This document shows, piece by piece, positions 9,038-17,936 of a stretch of DNA of 64,000 nucleotides (position 1 is the first letter of the stretch; each line of letters starts with the position of its first letter). The notes below the pieces were generated by a model. That model was given only the letters and a program-made list of their open reading frames with translations. It was not told the origin of the DNA and searched no databases. A program made the translations under genes and the position numbers. Origin of the DNA: an uncultured Stakelama sp. (lineage in GTDB: Bacteria > Pseudomonadota > Alphaproteobacteria > Sphingomonadales > Sphingomonadaceae). Where the stretch lies: contig CAYMIU010000005.1 of NCBI GenBank assembly GCA_964390515.1, positions 13,912 through 77,911 of the forward strand, given 5' to 3'.

Positions 9038-10432
9038 ATGACTACCGCTCCGACACCGGTGCGCGACACCATTCTGATCACGCACGCCAATCCCGAGGAC
9101 AATCGCTTCTCCCGGTGGCTTGCCGGGCGCCTAACCACGGCCGGGTACAAGGTCTGGGTCGACGTTCGCGCGCTTCGGGGCGGCGACGATTTTTGGGACA
9201 AAATTGAGCACGTGCTGCGGCATGAGGCGATCAAGCAGATTGTTGTCGTTTCCGAGCACATCGGGAAGCAAGGCGTAAAGAAGGAACTCGCCCTCGGCGA
9301 CGTTATGCGTCGCAAGCTCGGCGACGCGGAGTTCATGATTCCGATCCGGATCGCCGACGTGGACTTCGGCGATTTCCCAACAGAGATCCTGCGGCAGAAC
9401 GCACACAATGCGTTCCCTAACTGGGCGGCCTGCCTTCAGCCCCTGTTCGAGACGCTCGACACCTCACGTGTGCCGAAGGTCGATCATCCGGACGCCGAAC
9501 AGCTTGCGATGATCGTCGCTGCCCAGGAGGATGGTCGGAAGCTGGTCACCCCAAATCCCGAGATGCTCTACAGTAACTGGTTCGAACTTCGGGCGAGACC
9601 TGACGTCTGGATACTGGAGGCGAAGGGAACGACTGCGCAGCTGGAAGCCTGGAGCCAGTTCACGCGTGTTCCCCATGTGTTGCACGAGGGAGGCGCCATC
9701 GCCTTTTGCGGACCCGATGCGATCGAACGTCTCGACGACAGCGCTCCGCCGTTAAAGGCGCGCGCCAGCTTGCCCTTCAACGGCGTGATAGACGGTACCT
9801 ATAGCCGGCACTTCGGTGAGCGCTCCAACGCACGGCGGATCGCTGTCAATCTGATGCGTCAGCATTGGGATCTGGCCATGCATCGTCTCGGGCTACTTCC
9901 TGTCGATTTCGCTTCGGGCGCCCGCGGCCGCTTCTTCCCCGACGGGCTGATCGACGGGAGAGTCAAGCTGACGCTGAGCGACGGACATCGGGTTGACCGG
10001 GTGCTGAGCGGCAAGTTCAAGGATCGGCGCTGGCACTTGTGCCTTGTCGCTCAACCAAAGCTCTGGCCGGATGCTCTTTTCCGGGTCCATGCCAATGTCG
10101 CGGTGACGACCGACGGCCGAACCCCGCTCCCGGGTGAACAGCTGCAGCGCATTCGATTGCGCCTCACGCGGTCTTGGTTCAACGACAAATGGCGCGATAT
10201 GCTGCTCGCCGCGATGGGGTGGCTTGCCGAAGGTGATGCGGCCCTAGACATTGCCGCGTCCGGTGAGCGCCTCGCGGTTGCTAGCCTACCAATGAGCTTC
10301 GAGTTCCCGGTCAGCTTCGCCGCGGAAGAGGACCGCCGAGCCGAGGAAGACGAGGGAGGCCAGATAACCCTGTCAGAGGACTTCGAAACGGCCTTCGACC
10401 GGGATGAGATGCCGGAGGAGGCCGACGCATGA
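9038..10432 (+). CDS. TIR-APAZ effector of a SPARTA system
   Basis: N-terminal TIR: ILITHANPEDNRFSRWLAGRL..GYKVWVD..DFWDKIE..GVKKELALG with the putative catalytic Glu. Followed by an APAZ-like region and an acidic C-tail; ATGA overlap with pAgo. Confidence 0.92.
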   Translation: MTTAPTPVRDTILITHANPEDNRFSRWLAGRLTTAGYKVWVDVRALRGGDDFWDKIEHVLRHEAIKQIVVVSEHIGKQGVKKELALGDVMRRKLGDAEFMIPIRIADVDFGDFPTEILRQNAHNAFPNWAACLQPLFETLDTSRVPKVDHPDAEQLAMIVAAQEDGRKLVTPNPEMLYSNWFELRARPDVWILEAKGTTAQLEAWSQFTRVPHVLHEGGAIAFCGPDAIERLDDSAPPLKARASLPFNGVIDGTYSRHFGERSNARRIAVNLMRQHWDLAMHRLGLLPVDFASGARGRFFPDGLIDGRVKLTLSDGHRVDRVLSGKFKDRRWHLCLVAQPKLWPDALFRVHANVAVTTDGRTPLPGEQLQRIRLRLTRSWFNDKWRDMLLAAMGWLAEGDAALDIAASGERLAVASLPMSFEFPVSFAAEEDRRAEEDEGGQITLSEDFETAFDRDEMPEEADA

Positions 10433-11964
10433 GCATCCTCACGCATCGCATCGCCGAACCTTTGCTCGAGTTCGGTCACGGGCAGCAGATGGAAGCGCCA
10501 AAAGATGGGCTCTTCCTCTTCGGGCCACTCGAGGGTCCCGATGGCCGCTCCCAGGTACGCCTGGGCGTCATCGGGACGGAGAGCGGTGTCGGCCTATCCC
10601 GCCGCTGGTTAGAGCGGATCAGCCTGCATATACCCGGCAAGGTCGATGCAAAGGGCAAGCCCGTCCTATGGGCACCCGCATGGCCAGGGTTCGAGGCCTG
10701 CTTCGGCATCGTACTGCCAACCCGCGGCATGGTCGAGCTAGCGCTCAAGAGCGGCGACATCGATCATTGCATCAAGAAGAACAATCGCGCCGACGCGGTC
10801 CGCTCCACGGTGCTGCTGTTCGCCGACGCGATACGCGCGCACATCCGCGCTGAGGAGCGCCGTCCCGACGTCTGGCTCGTTGTGGTTCCGGACGTCGTCT
10901 ATCGCTACGGACGTCCCCAAGTAGCACCACCGCCCAAAGACGAGCGCACTCCCTCCGACATCACGAGCTTTAAAGACGCCAAACGCTTCTTCCAGATGGG
11001 TGGTGACCTATTCCCAGACACGGTGCGGGATGCCGAGACCTACCTGTTCTCGAGCAATTTCCACCACCAGTTGAAAGCCGAGTTGCTGCAGGACGGCGTC
11101 GTCCTTCAACTGATCCTCGAAAGCACGTTGGTTGATCGCAACCTCAACATCGCCAACGACCGCCGGCTTGGCCTCCAGGACGAGGCCACGGTTGCATGGA
11201 ACTTCTGCACCACGCTCTACTTCAAGATGGACGCCAAGCCGTGGGCGCTGGCCCATGTCCGGCCTGGCGTGTGCTACGTCGGACTGGTGTTCAAGAACGA
11301 CGACACGCCTGCGGCAACGGGCGAGGCCTGTTGCGCCGCGCAGATGTTCCTCAACTCAGGCGACGGCCTTGTCTTCCGCGGCGCCCTCGGCCCTTGGTAT
11401 TCCGACGAGCGCAAAGAGTATCATCTGTCGAGGAGCGCGGCGGCGAATTTGATGACCTCGGTGGTCGAGGGCTATAAGCTCAAGCACGGCAAGCCACCTA
11501 ACCAGCTGTTCATTCATGGGCGGCACCGCTTTTCCGACGATGAGTGGGACGGCTTTTGCAGCGCAGTGCCCACTGAAACACAGCTGGTAGGCGTCAGGAT
11601 CAAGCAGCTCGATGATGTTCGGCTGTTCCGCCCCTCTGCGTCGACACCAGTCCTGCGCGGCACGGCTCTTACCGTGGGTGACTGGTCAGGTTACCTTTGG
11701 GCGCGGGGGTTCGTGCCTCGACTTGCAGGGTATCAAGGATTCGAGACACCCAAGCCGCTCACCGTCGACGTGACGCATGGCGAAGGCGACATCGTAGAGG
11801 TGCTCGGTGACATTCTTGCGCTCACCAAGGTCAACTACAACGCCTGCGATTTCGCTAGCGCCCTTCCCGTGACGCTCAAGTTCGCCGATCGGGTGGGTGA
11901 GATCCTGATGGCGTCGCCACATACCGTTATCGCACCGCCGCTGCCGTTCCGGCACTACATCTGA
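10429..11964 (+). CDS. ago: Short prokaryotic Argonaute (MID-PIWI, nuclease-dead)
   Basis: IAEPLLEFG start, NFHHQLKAELL MID pocket, LYFK..KPW, VCYVGLVFK (no catalytic Asp), DILALTKVNYN..PVTLKFAD..PFRHYI terminus. 511 aa with no N/PAZ domains. Confidence 0.93.
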   Translation: MSILTHRIAEPLLEFGHGQQMEAPKDGLFLFGPLEGPDGRSQVRLGVIGTESGVGLSRRWLERISLHIPGKVDAKGKPVLWAPAWPGFEACFGIVLPTRGMVELALKSGDIDHCIKKNNRADAVRSTVLLFADAIRAHIRAEERRPDVWLVVVPDVVYRYGRPQVAPPPKDERTPSDITSFKDAKRFFQMGGDLFPDTVRDAETYLFSSNFHHQLKAELLQDGVVLQLILESTLVDRNLNIANDRRLGLQDEATVAWNFCTTLYFKMDAKPWALAHVRPGVCYVGLVFKNDDTPAATGEACCAAQMFLNSGDGLVFRGALGPWYSDERKEYHLSRSAAANLMTSVVEGYKLKHGKPPNQLFIHGRHRFSDDEWDGFCSAVPTETQLVGVRIKQLDDVRLFRPSASTPVLRGTALTVGDWSGYLWARGFVPRLAGYQGFETPKPLTVDVTHGEGDIVEVLGDILALTKVNYNACDFASALPVTLKFADRVGEILMASPHTVIAPPLPFRHYI

Positions 11965-12058
11965 TCCCATGAGCGCCGACCGAGGCTGAGGGAGATCGAG
12001 CGCGAGGCGGAGACGCTGCGGTCCACCAATTTAGGTACATATCCGCTGTTTCGGGTGC

Positions 12059-13216
12059 GTGCCGCCGGGTGGATGCTGTCCACCATTTCAGGGAAACCTA
12101 CAGGCAGATTCGCGGAAAGAAGTTTCCGAAATCCGGCAACTCGTTTCCGAACTGGCCCGCCTCGTGCAAGACCCGACCGACCCCGAATCGCTGCCGACCT
12201 CGCGCGCGCTCGTCATCGTCGAGCCGGCGGAGCTGGTGCCGGTCGCGACCCATCTGGCGCTACGGCCGACGCCGACGCTGCCCGGGATCGTCGACCTCGA
12301 GACCGAGCGCGCCGACGCCTATGCGCGCGCCGCGCGCGCCGACAACACGCACCGGGCCTATGCCGCAGACTGGACGATCTTCACGACCTGGTGCGCGGAG
12401 CGTGGTGAACGTCCGCTGCCGGCGTCGGCCGAGCTGGTGCGGCGCTTCGTTGCTTGGGAGGCCGACCGCGGCCGCTCGCCGGCGACGATCGAGCGCCGCG
12501 TTGCGGCGATCGGTCATTATCACCGCGCCGAAAACTTTGTCGCGCCGACCGCGCTGCCCGATGCCGGCAGACTGCGCGAGACGATGGCAGGAATCCGCAA
12601 CAGCCGCGGCGGTAAGAAGACGCGCAAGCGCGCGGCCGACGCCGCCATCCTCGAAGCGATGCTCGGCACCTTTCCCGGTGAGGGCCTGCGCGCGCTGCGC
12701 GATCGGGCGGTGCTGGCAATTGGGATGGCGGCGGCGCTCCGCCGCTCCGAGCTGGTAGCGCTCACCGTCGATGACATCGAGCTCGTGCCCGAGGGCCTGC
12801 GCATCATCATCGGGCGGTCGAAGACCGACCAGGGGCAGGAGGGCGCGGAAGTGGCGGTGCTTGAAGGGTCGCGGCTGCGGCCCAAGGCGCATCTGCTCGC
12901 GTGGATGGGGGCGGCCGGGCATGACGGCGGTCCGTTGTTCCGACGACTAACCCGAGGCGATGAGCTGACAGACGACGGGATGAGCGATCGGGCGGTTGCG
13001 CGGCTGGTCCAGGCCGCGGCGCGCAAGGCCGGGCTGGACGAGCGCCAGTTCGCCGGCCACTCGCTACGTGCTGGCTTCCTGACCGAGAGCGCTGCGCGAG
13101 GCGCGACGATCTTCAAGATGCAGGAGGTCAGCCGTCACAAGACGGTGCAGATCCTGTCAGAGTACGTGCGCTCGGCCGAGCGGTTTAGGCATCACGCCGG
13201 TGCGGGCTTCCTATAG
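12059..13216 (+). CDS. Cre-like tyrosine recombinase (true start probably later, near 12164)
   Basis: ADNTHRAYAADW N-domain; RDRA..ALRRSEL, RSKTDQ, GHSLRAG, RHK, EY catalytic set. Confidence 0.92.
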   Translation: MPPGGCCPPFQGNLQADSRKEVSEIRQLVSELARLVQDPTDPESLPTSRALVIVEPAELVPVATHLALRPTPTLPGIVDLETERADAYARAARADNTHRAYAADWTIFTTWCAERGERPLPASAELVRRFVAWEADRGRSPATIERRVAAIGHYHRAENFVAPTALPDAGRLRETMAGIRNSRGGKKTRKRAADAAILEAMLGTFPGEGLRALRDRAVLAIGMAAALRRSELVALTVDDIELVPEGLRIIIGRSKTDQGQEGAEVAVLEGSRLRPKAHLLAWMGAAGHDGGPLFRRLTRGDELTDDGMSDRAVARLVQAAARKAGLDERQFAGHSLRAGFLTESAARGATIFKMQEVSRHKTVQILSEYVRSAERFRHHAGAGFL

Positions 13217-13382
13217 ATGAACCGTCGACCACCGCCACAGTACCGAGCCAGTGCAGCCCTAGTAGTGCATGCAAATGGGCGTGGGCATCGGGCTGAACCG
13301 CGTGTCGAGCGAGCGGCACCTGATCGACATCGACGCGCGTCGCGCGTCTGTTCCGCCCGAGCGCCTTACCCATCGAAGCCGG

Positions 13383-13901
13383 TCAGGCAGTCCCGGGATG
13401 GCTGAGCGACGCCGGGGTGAGCATCCTTATCGACAACTCCCCATGCGTGCCGAGCTGCTCGAGGAGCGCAATGCTATGTTCCTCCACGCCATCGGGATCC
13501 TCGAACACCTCCATCGTGTAGCAACCCCGCGCCATGTCGCAGCCGGGCGTGTCCCTGGCAGCGCGTGAGTATGGCTCCGGCCAGCGGCAGACGAGTACCC
13601 AAGGCCACCCCTCTTCCGGCGGCTCGTAGCGGGAGATCAGGACGTTGTCGGAGACCAATGCCGACGGGCGTCTATCGAGGAGGTCAGGCGCGACCGCAGC
13701 CGAGCGTGGTTCATCGAGAAAGCGGTCCAGCTCGGCGCGTTCCTCGTCGGTCTCAAGGATAATTGCATAGTAGCGGCCGAGTGCCAGCCTCTCCCCGCAA
13801 TTTCGGATCGGCATGTCGATCAACATCACGCTCGGCGCGGCGATCATGGGCGAGGCGTAGAACATGCGCTCGCGCGCGAGGGTTTGCGAGAGGCGGTACA
13901 T
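13383..13901 (-). CDS. Hypothetical protein
   Basis: 172-aa ORF with globular-like composition, unlike the Arg/Pro-rich shadow ORFs; no family recognised. Confidence 0.55.
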   Translation of the reverse strand: MYRLSQTLARERMFYASPMIAAPSVMLIDMPIRNCGERLALGRYYAIILETDEERAELDRFLDEPRSAAVAPDLLDRRPSALVSDNVLISRYEPPEEGWPWVLVCRWPEPYSRAARDTPGCDMARGCYTMEVFEDPDGVEEHSIALLEQLGTHGELSIRMLTPASLSHPGTA

Positions 13902-13957
13902 GGTGCTGATCGGCCGTTCCCAGTTTACCTGTGCGATCGGGACGATATGGTCGCACG

Positions 13958-14116
13958 ATGACCGAGAGCGAGCAACTCTCCCCGGAGCAATGGCGCGAGC
14001 GGATTCAATCGCTTGGCGACCGTGAGGTGGTCGCGCTGTACGAGCGGGAGGAAGGTCGCGGGCCGATTACCGACGTCGCCGCCAGCGAGATGGAGCCACG
14101 CAACCTAGATTACTAA
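13958..14116 (+). CDS. Small hypothetical protein
   Basis: MTESEQLSPEQWRERIQSLGD..., followed by a small hairpin near 14114-14132. Confidence 0.4.
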   Translation: MTESEQLSPEQWRERIQSLGDREVVALYEREEGRGPITDVAASEMEPRNLDY

Positions 14117-14678
14117 GCCGCCTAGCGGCTACCGTCCGAGTGCCGCCTGTCCTTCCGAAGCACGCTCGGCCGCGGTCGCATCGAACATTGGGACGATACC
14201 GCACTGCGTCGCTGCTGTTCGCAACATAGATTCTTGTTGGCCTAGCGCACCTTACTTCCTAGAACCCCGGAAGCATGGGGGAAAATGGCCATCTCGAACT
14301 GCTCCGCTTAGTCGGAGAAGCGCTCTATGGCGAGCGATGGCAGGCGCCTATCGCCGGCGATCTCGTGCGCGCTCACCTCACGGAGGTTCGCACGGGGCGC
14401 CTCAAGGCGCCTGGGCAAGGCGTCCACCTACCTGTCGAGCCTAGCCAAGTGAGCCGTCTTCACTGAGCCGCCCATAGACTGTGCGTATTGCCCATGCGGC
14501 TGATGCTTGCGATTAGTTTCGGGTTGGTTCTCGATGATCGTCTAGGGATGGACGCAATCAGGCCGGTTCTTCGATGTGCCAAGGCGCCTGGAGATGACCA
14601 CTTCCGCAAGCTGTGGGTCGTGCCGGAGAAGACATCTAATGTAGCATCTTGGCATTGCTGCTCGTACGAACCAATTGC

Positions 14679-14924
14679 CTAATGCACCGAGCCGATTGGA
14701 AGCTGAGCCAAAGCATCGGTGACGAGGCTCCAACGATCCATGCCCGCTCTTTGCCCGTCCGATCGGAGCCCCGTCATATAGTCCTCAGCCCAGGCGAGCG
14801 CTTCGCCGGCACCCAGGTCGGCGATCAGATCGAACGCGATTCCCCATGCCTCTTCTCGGTCGGCCGCCATCTGGCTCGTCATGTTGAAGCTCAATCGTCT
14901 GGAGGGATGAAGTCCGGCCAGCAA
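14679..14924 (-). CDS. Small hypothetical protein
   Basis: Helical, acidic ORF (..MAADREEAWGIAFDLIADLG..) co-oriented and overlapping downstream of the HIRAN gene. Confidence 0.45.
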   Translation of the reverse strand: MLAGLHPSRRLSFNMTSQMAADREEAWGIAFDLIADLGAGEALAWAEDYMTGLRSDGQRAGMDRWSLVTDALAQLPIGSVH

Positions 14925-15286
14925 CCGTCAGACTCTGTGCCCTGCGAAGGCAGTGCCGGTCGCTCAGGCGGCAGCATCGGAGTCTCGCCACCGAAGGCGA
15001 TCCGGATCGCAGCGCCAACCTGCGTCGCCGCTTGGAAGATCGCCTTCAGTTCGCGTCCGCTGCGCAACATCCCGCCGATCCACGGCGCGCGGTCTGCGGT
15101 CAAATAGCCGATCTGAATGCCGCGAGTGCTAAAGACAGCAATCGCATGCGGATCGACCGGGTTCTTCGGCTCCGGCAGGAGGTCTACAGGCTCCCCTGGC
15201 ACACAGAGCAGGATCTCGAACCGGCGATTGCCACCATCGGCATTCGGATGGTTTGCACCGACGACGTGCAAGCTCATCTGCTTCAT
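14891..15286 (-). CDS. Stand-alone HIRAN-domain protein
   Basis: SLHVVG..GEPVDLLPEPKNPVDPHAIAVFSTRGIQIGYL HIRAN signature. Confidence 0.82.
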   Translation of the reverse strand: MKQMSLHVVGANHPNADGGNRRFEILLCVPGEPVDLLPEPKNPVDPHAIAVFSTRGIQIGYLTADRAPWIGGMLRSGRELKAIFQAATQVGAAIRIAFGGETPMLPPERPALPSQGTESDGCWPDFIPPDD

Positions 15287-15309
15287 AGCCCTGCGACCGC
15301 CAGCAATCG

Positions 15310-15963
15310 TCAGCTCAGCGTCCGCCCGAACCACAGAACCCGCCCGACGATGTCGATGCGGCTGGGTTCGATATTCTGCCAGCTTGGATAATCAGGGTTG
15401 TCGCTCTTGATCGTGATACCCCGCCCCGCCGGCTGCCGCGCGAGCCGCTTGACCATCAGACTGTCGTCGAGGCGCAGCACGTAGATGCCGTCGCGCAGCC
15501 GGCCGACACCATCCCTGCGATCGACGAGGACATCATCACCGTCCGCCAACGTCGGCGCCATGGAATCGCCCTTGACCTGGATGATCGAAAGGCCGTCAGC
15601 CGACCCCTTGGTGCGCTCGCGCAGCCAGCGCGGATCAAAGCCGATCGACGTGCGTCGCGCCTCGCCGAAGTCGGCCGCGCCATAGCCGGCCGACGCATAG
15701 ACATCGAGCACCGGAACCTGCTGCAGCGTGGGCTTCTCCCACTCCTGCGGACCGCCGAGCAGCGTCTCCTTGACGCCGAGATACGCGGCCAAGGTCCGGC
15801 GGTCCTGCTCGGCAAGCTGCTTGGGCGTGCCGCGCTTGATGAACTGCTGGATATAGGCGGGATTGCGCCCGATCAGCCGGGACAGCCCGGCATAATCCTC
15901 ACGGCGCTCCTCGATCAGGCGCTGCAGCGCCTCGCGCGGATGTTCGATCGTCGGGACCATCAT
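15310..15963 (-). CDS. CI/LexA-like repressor (HTH + S24 autopeptidase)
   Basis: LSRLIGRNPAYIQQFIKRG HTH; SAGYG Ala-Gly cleavage site; VKGDSM (Ser) and MVKRL (Lys) dyad. Confidence 0.9.
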   Translation of the reverse strand: MMVPTIEHPREALQRLIEERREDYAGLSRLIGRNPAYIQQFIKRGTPKQLAEQDRRTLAAYLGVKETLLGGPQEWEKPTLQQVPVLDVYASAGYGAADFGEARRTSIGFDPRWLRERTKGSADGLSIIQVKGDSMAPTLADGDDVLVDRRDGVGRLRDGIYVLRLDDSLMVKRLARQPAGRGITIKSDNPDYPSWQNIEPSRIDIVGRVLWFGRTLS

Positions 15964-15997
15964 AGGGGATTTCCTATCGCACCTGGTGTGCCGTATA

Positions 15998-16012
15998 GAA
16001 CATAACGGGAAC
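15998..16012. promoter_or_regulatory. Alphaproteobacterial LexA (SOS) box
   Basis: GAAC-ATAACGG-GAAC between the divergent repressor and Cro-like genes. Confidence 0.75.
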
Positions 16013-16033
16013 GACGTAAAGCGAGTCGGCGTG

Positions 16034-16216
16034 ATGGATGGAGAATTGCTGCCCAGGATCGAGCTTTTGCTCGCCCGCGTTGGCCTGAGCGCAACCCGCT
16101 TCGGGCGCATTGTCGTCCATGATCCGCGCTTCGTATTCGACTTGCGAGCGGGCCGACGGCCACGCCGCCGGGTTCACGCGCGCGTTCACGCCTACCTCGC
16201 CGAGCATGGCGTGTGA
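16034..16216 (+). CDS. Small Cro-like DNA-binding protein
   Basis: IELLLARVGLSATRFGRIVVHDPRFVFDLRAGR; divergent from the S24 repressor. Confidence 0.7.
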   Translation: MDGELLPRIELLLARVGLSATRFGRIVVHDPRFVFDLRAGRRPRRRVHARVHAYLAEHGV

Positions 16217-16241
16217 CCGCAGCCGGCATGTAGGAACCTTC

Positions 16242-16853
16242 TCACAACCGACTGGCACGCCAGAGCGCCAACACTTTGCGCACATAAGCCGGCGTCTCGG
16301 CATTTGACGGTACGCCGCCGGCGCGCGCAACCGCCCCCGGTCCAGCATTATAGGCGGCGAGCGCCAGTGTGACCGATCCGAACCGATCGAGCATCAGGCG
16401 CAAGAAGCGCGCACCGCCGTCGACATTTGAACGCGGGTCAAACGGATTAAGGACGCCGAGTGCCCGAGCGGTGGCGGGCATCAGCTGGGCCAGGCCGATC
16501 GCGCCGGCGCTGCTGATGACGCGAGGTTGGTACGCCGACTCGGTCGCGACCAGAGCGTCGAGTAATCCCTCGGGTAGTGCATGGCGTATTTCCGCCGCGC
16601 GGATGAAGGCGAGGAATGCGTCACGACCCGGCAGGCGCGCGCTCGCGGGGACTGGCGTGGCCGTTGCCGACTTGTCGTTTGGCGGGAGCACCGCCGGAGT
16701 ATCCGGCGCACGGCTCCGATGCTCCACCAGCTGGAACACGGTCGACGCAAACGACTGATGGTCCGCAGCAGCGTCTTGCGATTGTGCCGCCGCCGGAACC
16801 GCCCAGCCGAGCGCCAGCGTCGAGATGGTGAGGAAGAGTGGTCGGATCATCAT
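16242..16853 (-). CDS. Lytic transglycosylase (SLT family)
   Basis: Signal peptide; LVATES (catalytic Glu), GAIGLAQLMP, AAYNAGPG. Confidence 0.92.
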   Translation of the reverse strand: MMIRPLFLTISTLALGWAVPAAAQSQDAAADHQSFASTVFQLVEHRSRAPDTPAVLPPNDKSATATPVPASARLPGRDAFLAFIRAAEIRHALPEGLLDALVATESAYQPRVISSAGAIGLAQLMPATARALGVLNPFDPRSNVDGGARFLRLMLDRFGSVTLALAAYNAGPGAVARAGGVPSNAETPAYVRKVLALWRASRL

Positions 16854-16889
16854 CGCCTCGCATCATGCTTTTCCCTCTTCCTCGAATCG

Positions 16890-16904
16890 GAACATAGTGC
16901 GAAC
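16890..16904. promoter_or_regulatory. Alphaproteobacterial LexA (SOS) box
   Basis: GAAC-ATAGTGC-GAAC between the divergent SLT and toprim genes. Confidence 0.75.
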
Positions 16905-16980
16905 ATGAAGCTGTAGGAAAGTGCCGCGATCCAAGAGGACAGGCGGCGACAGGGGCGCGCCACCAGGATGCAAGAAGCCC

Positions 16981-17868
16981 ATGACCATGCACGATCACCG
17001 GTTCGACAGCGCCGAGACGAGCGGAAGGACCATCGTCGAGGCGCTGGGCGGTCACTGGACGCCAAGGGGCGGTCTTTGCCGCTGTCCCGCCCATACGGAC
17101 CGTAGCCCCTCGCTCAGCGTTCGTCCCGGCCGCCGACGGCTCCTGTTCCACTGTTTCGCCGGCTGCTCGACCGTTGAGGTCATGGCAGCGCTCCGACGAT
17201 TGCACCTGCCGAGCGCTGTCGCCTGGGCCGACCGAGTGCCAGCCCCTTCCGACGAGCTCGGGCGCGAGCGGGCTCGGCGCCTATGGTCCGAGGCGAGGCC
17301 CGCGGCGGGAACGATCGTCGGCCGCTATCTGGCAGGTCGCGGATTGGCGGTGAGCTCTTCGCTCCGCTTCCATCCGCGCACGCCGCAGGGTCGTGCTCCC
17401 CTCACCCGCTTTGCGCCCGCCATGATTGCAGCGGTCGAGGACGAAACCGGCGTCGTCGCGGTCCACCGCACTTTCCTGCGCTCGGACGGCGCAGGTCTGT
17501 CGCGTCGGCAACCAGTCAAGGCGGCGCTGGGACCGCTAGGCAGCGGACTCGTCCGCCTGGCGCCGCCGGGTGCCGTCCTCGGCCTTGCTGAGGGCATCGA
17601 GACCGCCTTGTCGGCGCAGCAAATGTTCGGCGTGCCCTGCTGGGCAACGCTGGGCGGCGAGCGCTTCAGGCGCGTCGCGCTTCCAGCCGGCGTTACCGAG
17701 ATCATCCTCTTCCTCGATCATGACAGCGCCGGGCGTCGCGCCGAGGCGATTGCGCGCGAGCGCTTTGGCGATCGCCGGATCGAGGTCCGGTATCCGGAGC
17801 AGCCCGGGTCCGATTGGAACGATGTGCTGCGCCGACCGGCGAAGCAGCCGGTGGCCGACGTCGCCTAG
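16981..17868 (+). CDS. Zn-finger/Toprim primase-like protein
   Basis: CRCPAHTDRSPSLS Zn-binding motif; LGLAEGIETALS and FLDHD Toprim motifs. Confidence 0.88.
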   Translation: MTMHDHRFDSAETSGRTIVEALGGHWTPRGGLCRCPAHTDRSPSLSVRPGRRRLLFHCFAGCSTVEVMAALRRLHLPSAVAWADRVPAPSDELGRERARRLWSEARPAAGTIVGRYLAGRGLAVSSSLRFHPRTPQGRAPLTRFAPAMIAAVEDETGVVAVHRTFLRSDGAGLSRRQPVKAALGPLGSGLVRLAPPGAVLGLAEGIETALSAQQMFGVPCWATLGGERFRRVALPAGVTEIILFLDHDSAGRRAEAIARERFGDRRIEVRYPEQPGSDWNDVLRRPAKQPVADVA

Positions 17869-17936
17869 AGAAGAGGCAGGCGGAGCAGTCATGCCCCGAT
17901 GACGGCGCTGGAGCCGGTCGGGCCGGAGTCTCTGCC

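Noticed and set aside
10429-11964. pAgo as a slicing nuclease
   Set aside because: The first catalytic Asp position reads VGLVF and there is no PAZ/N domain; it is the inactive short type.
12026-12045. ATTTAGGT shared with the TA promoter near 22187, considered as a dif/Xer site
   Set aside because: Does not fit the 11-6-11 XerC/D architecture; an 8-bp match is uninformative.
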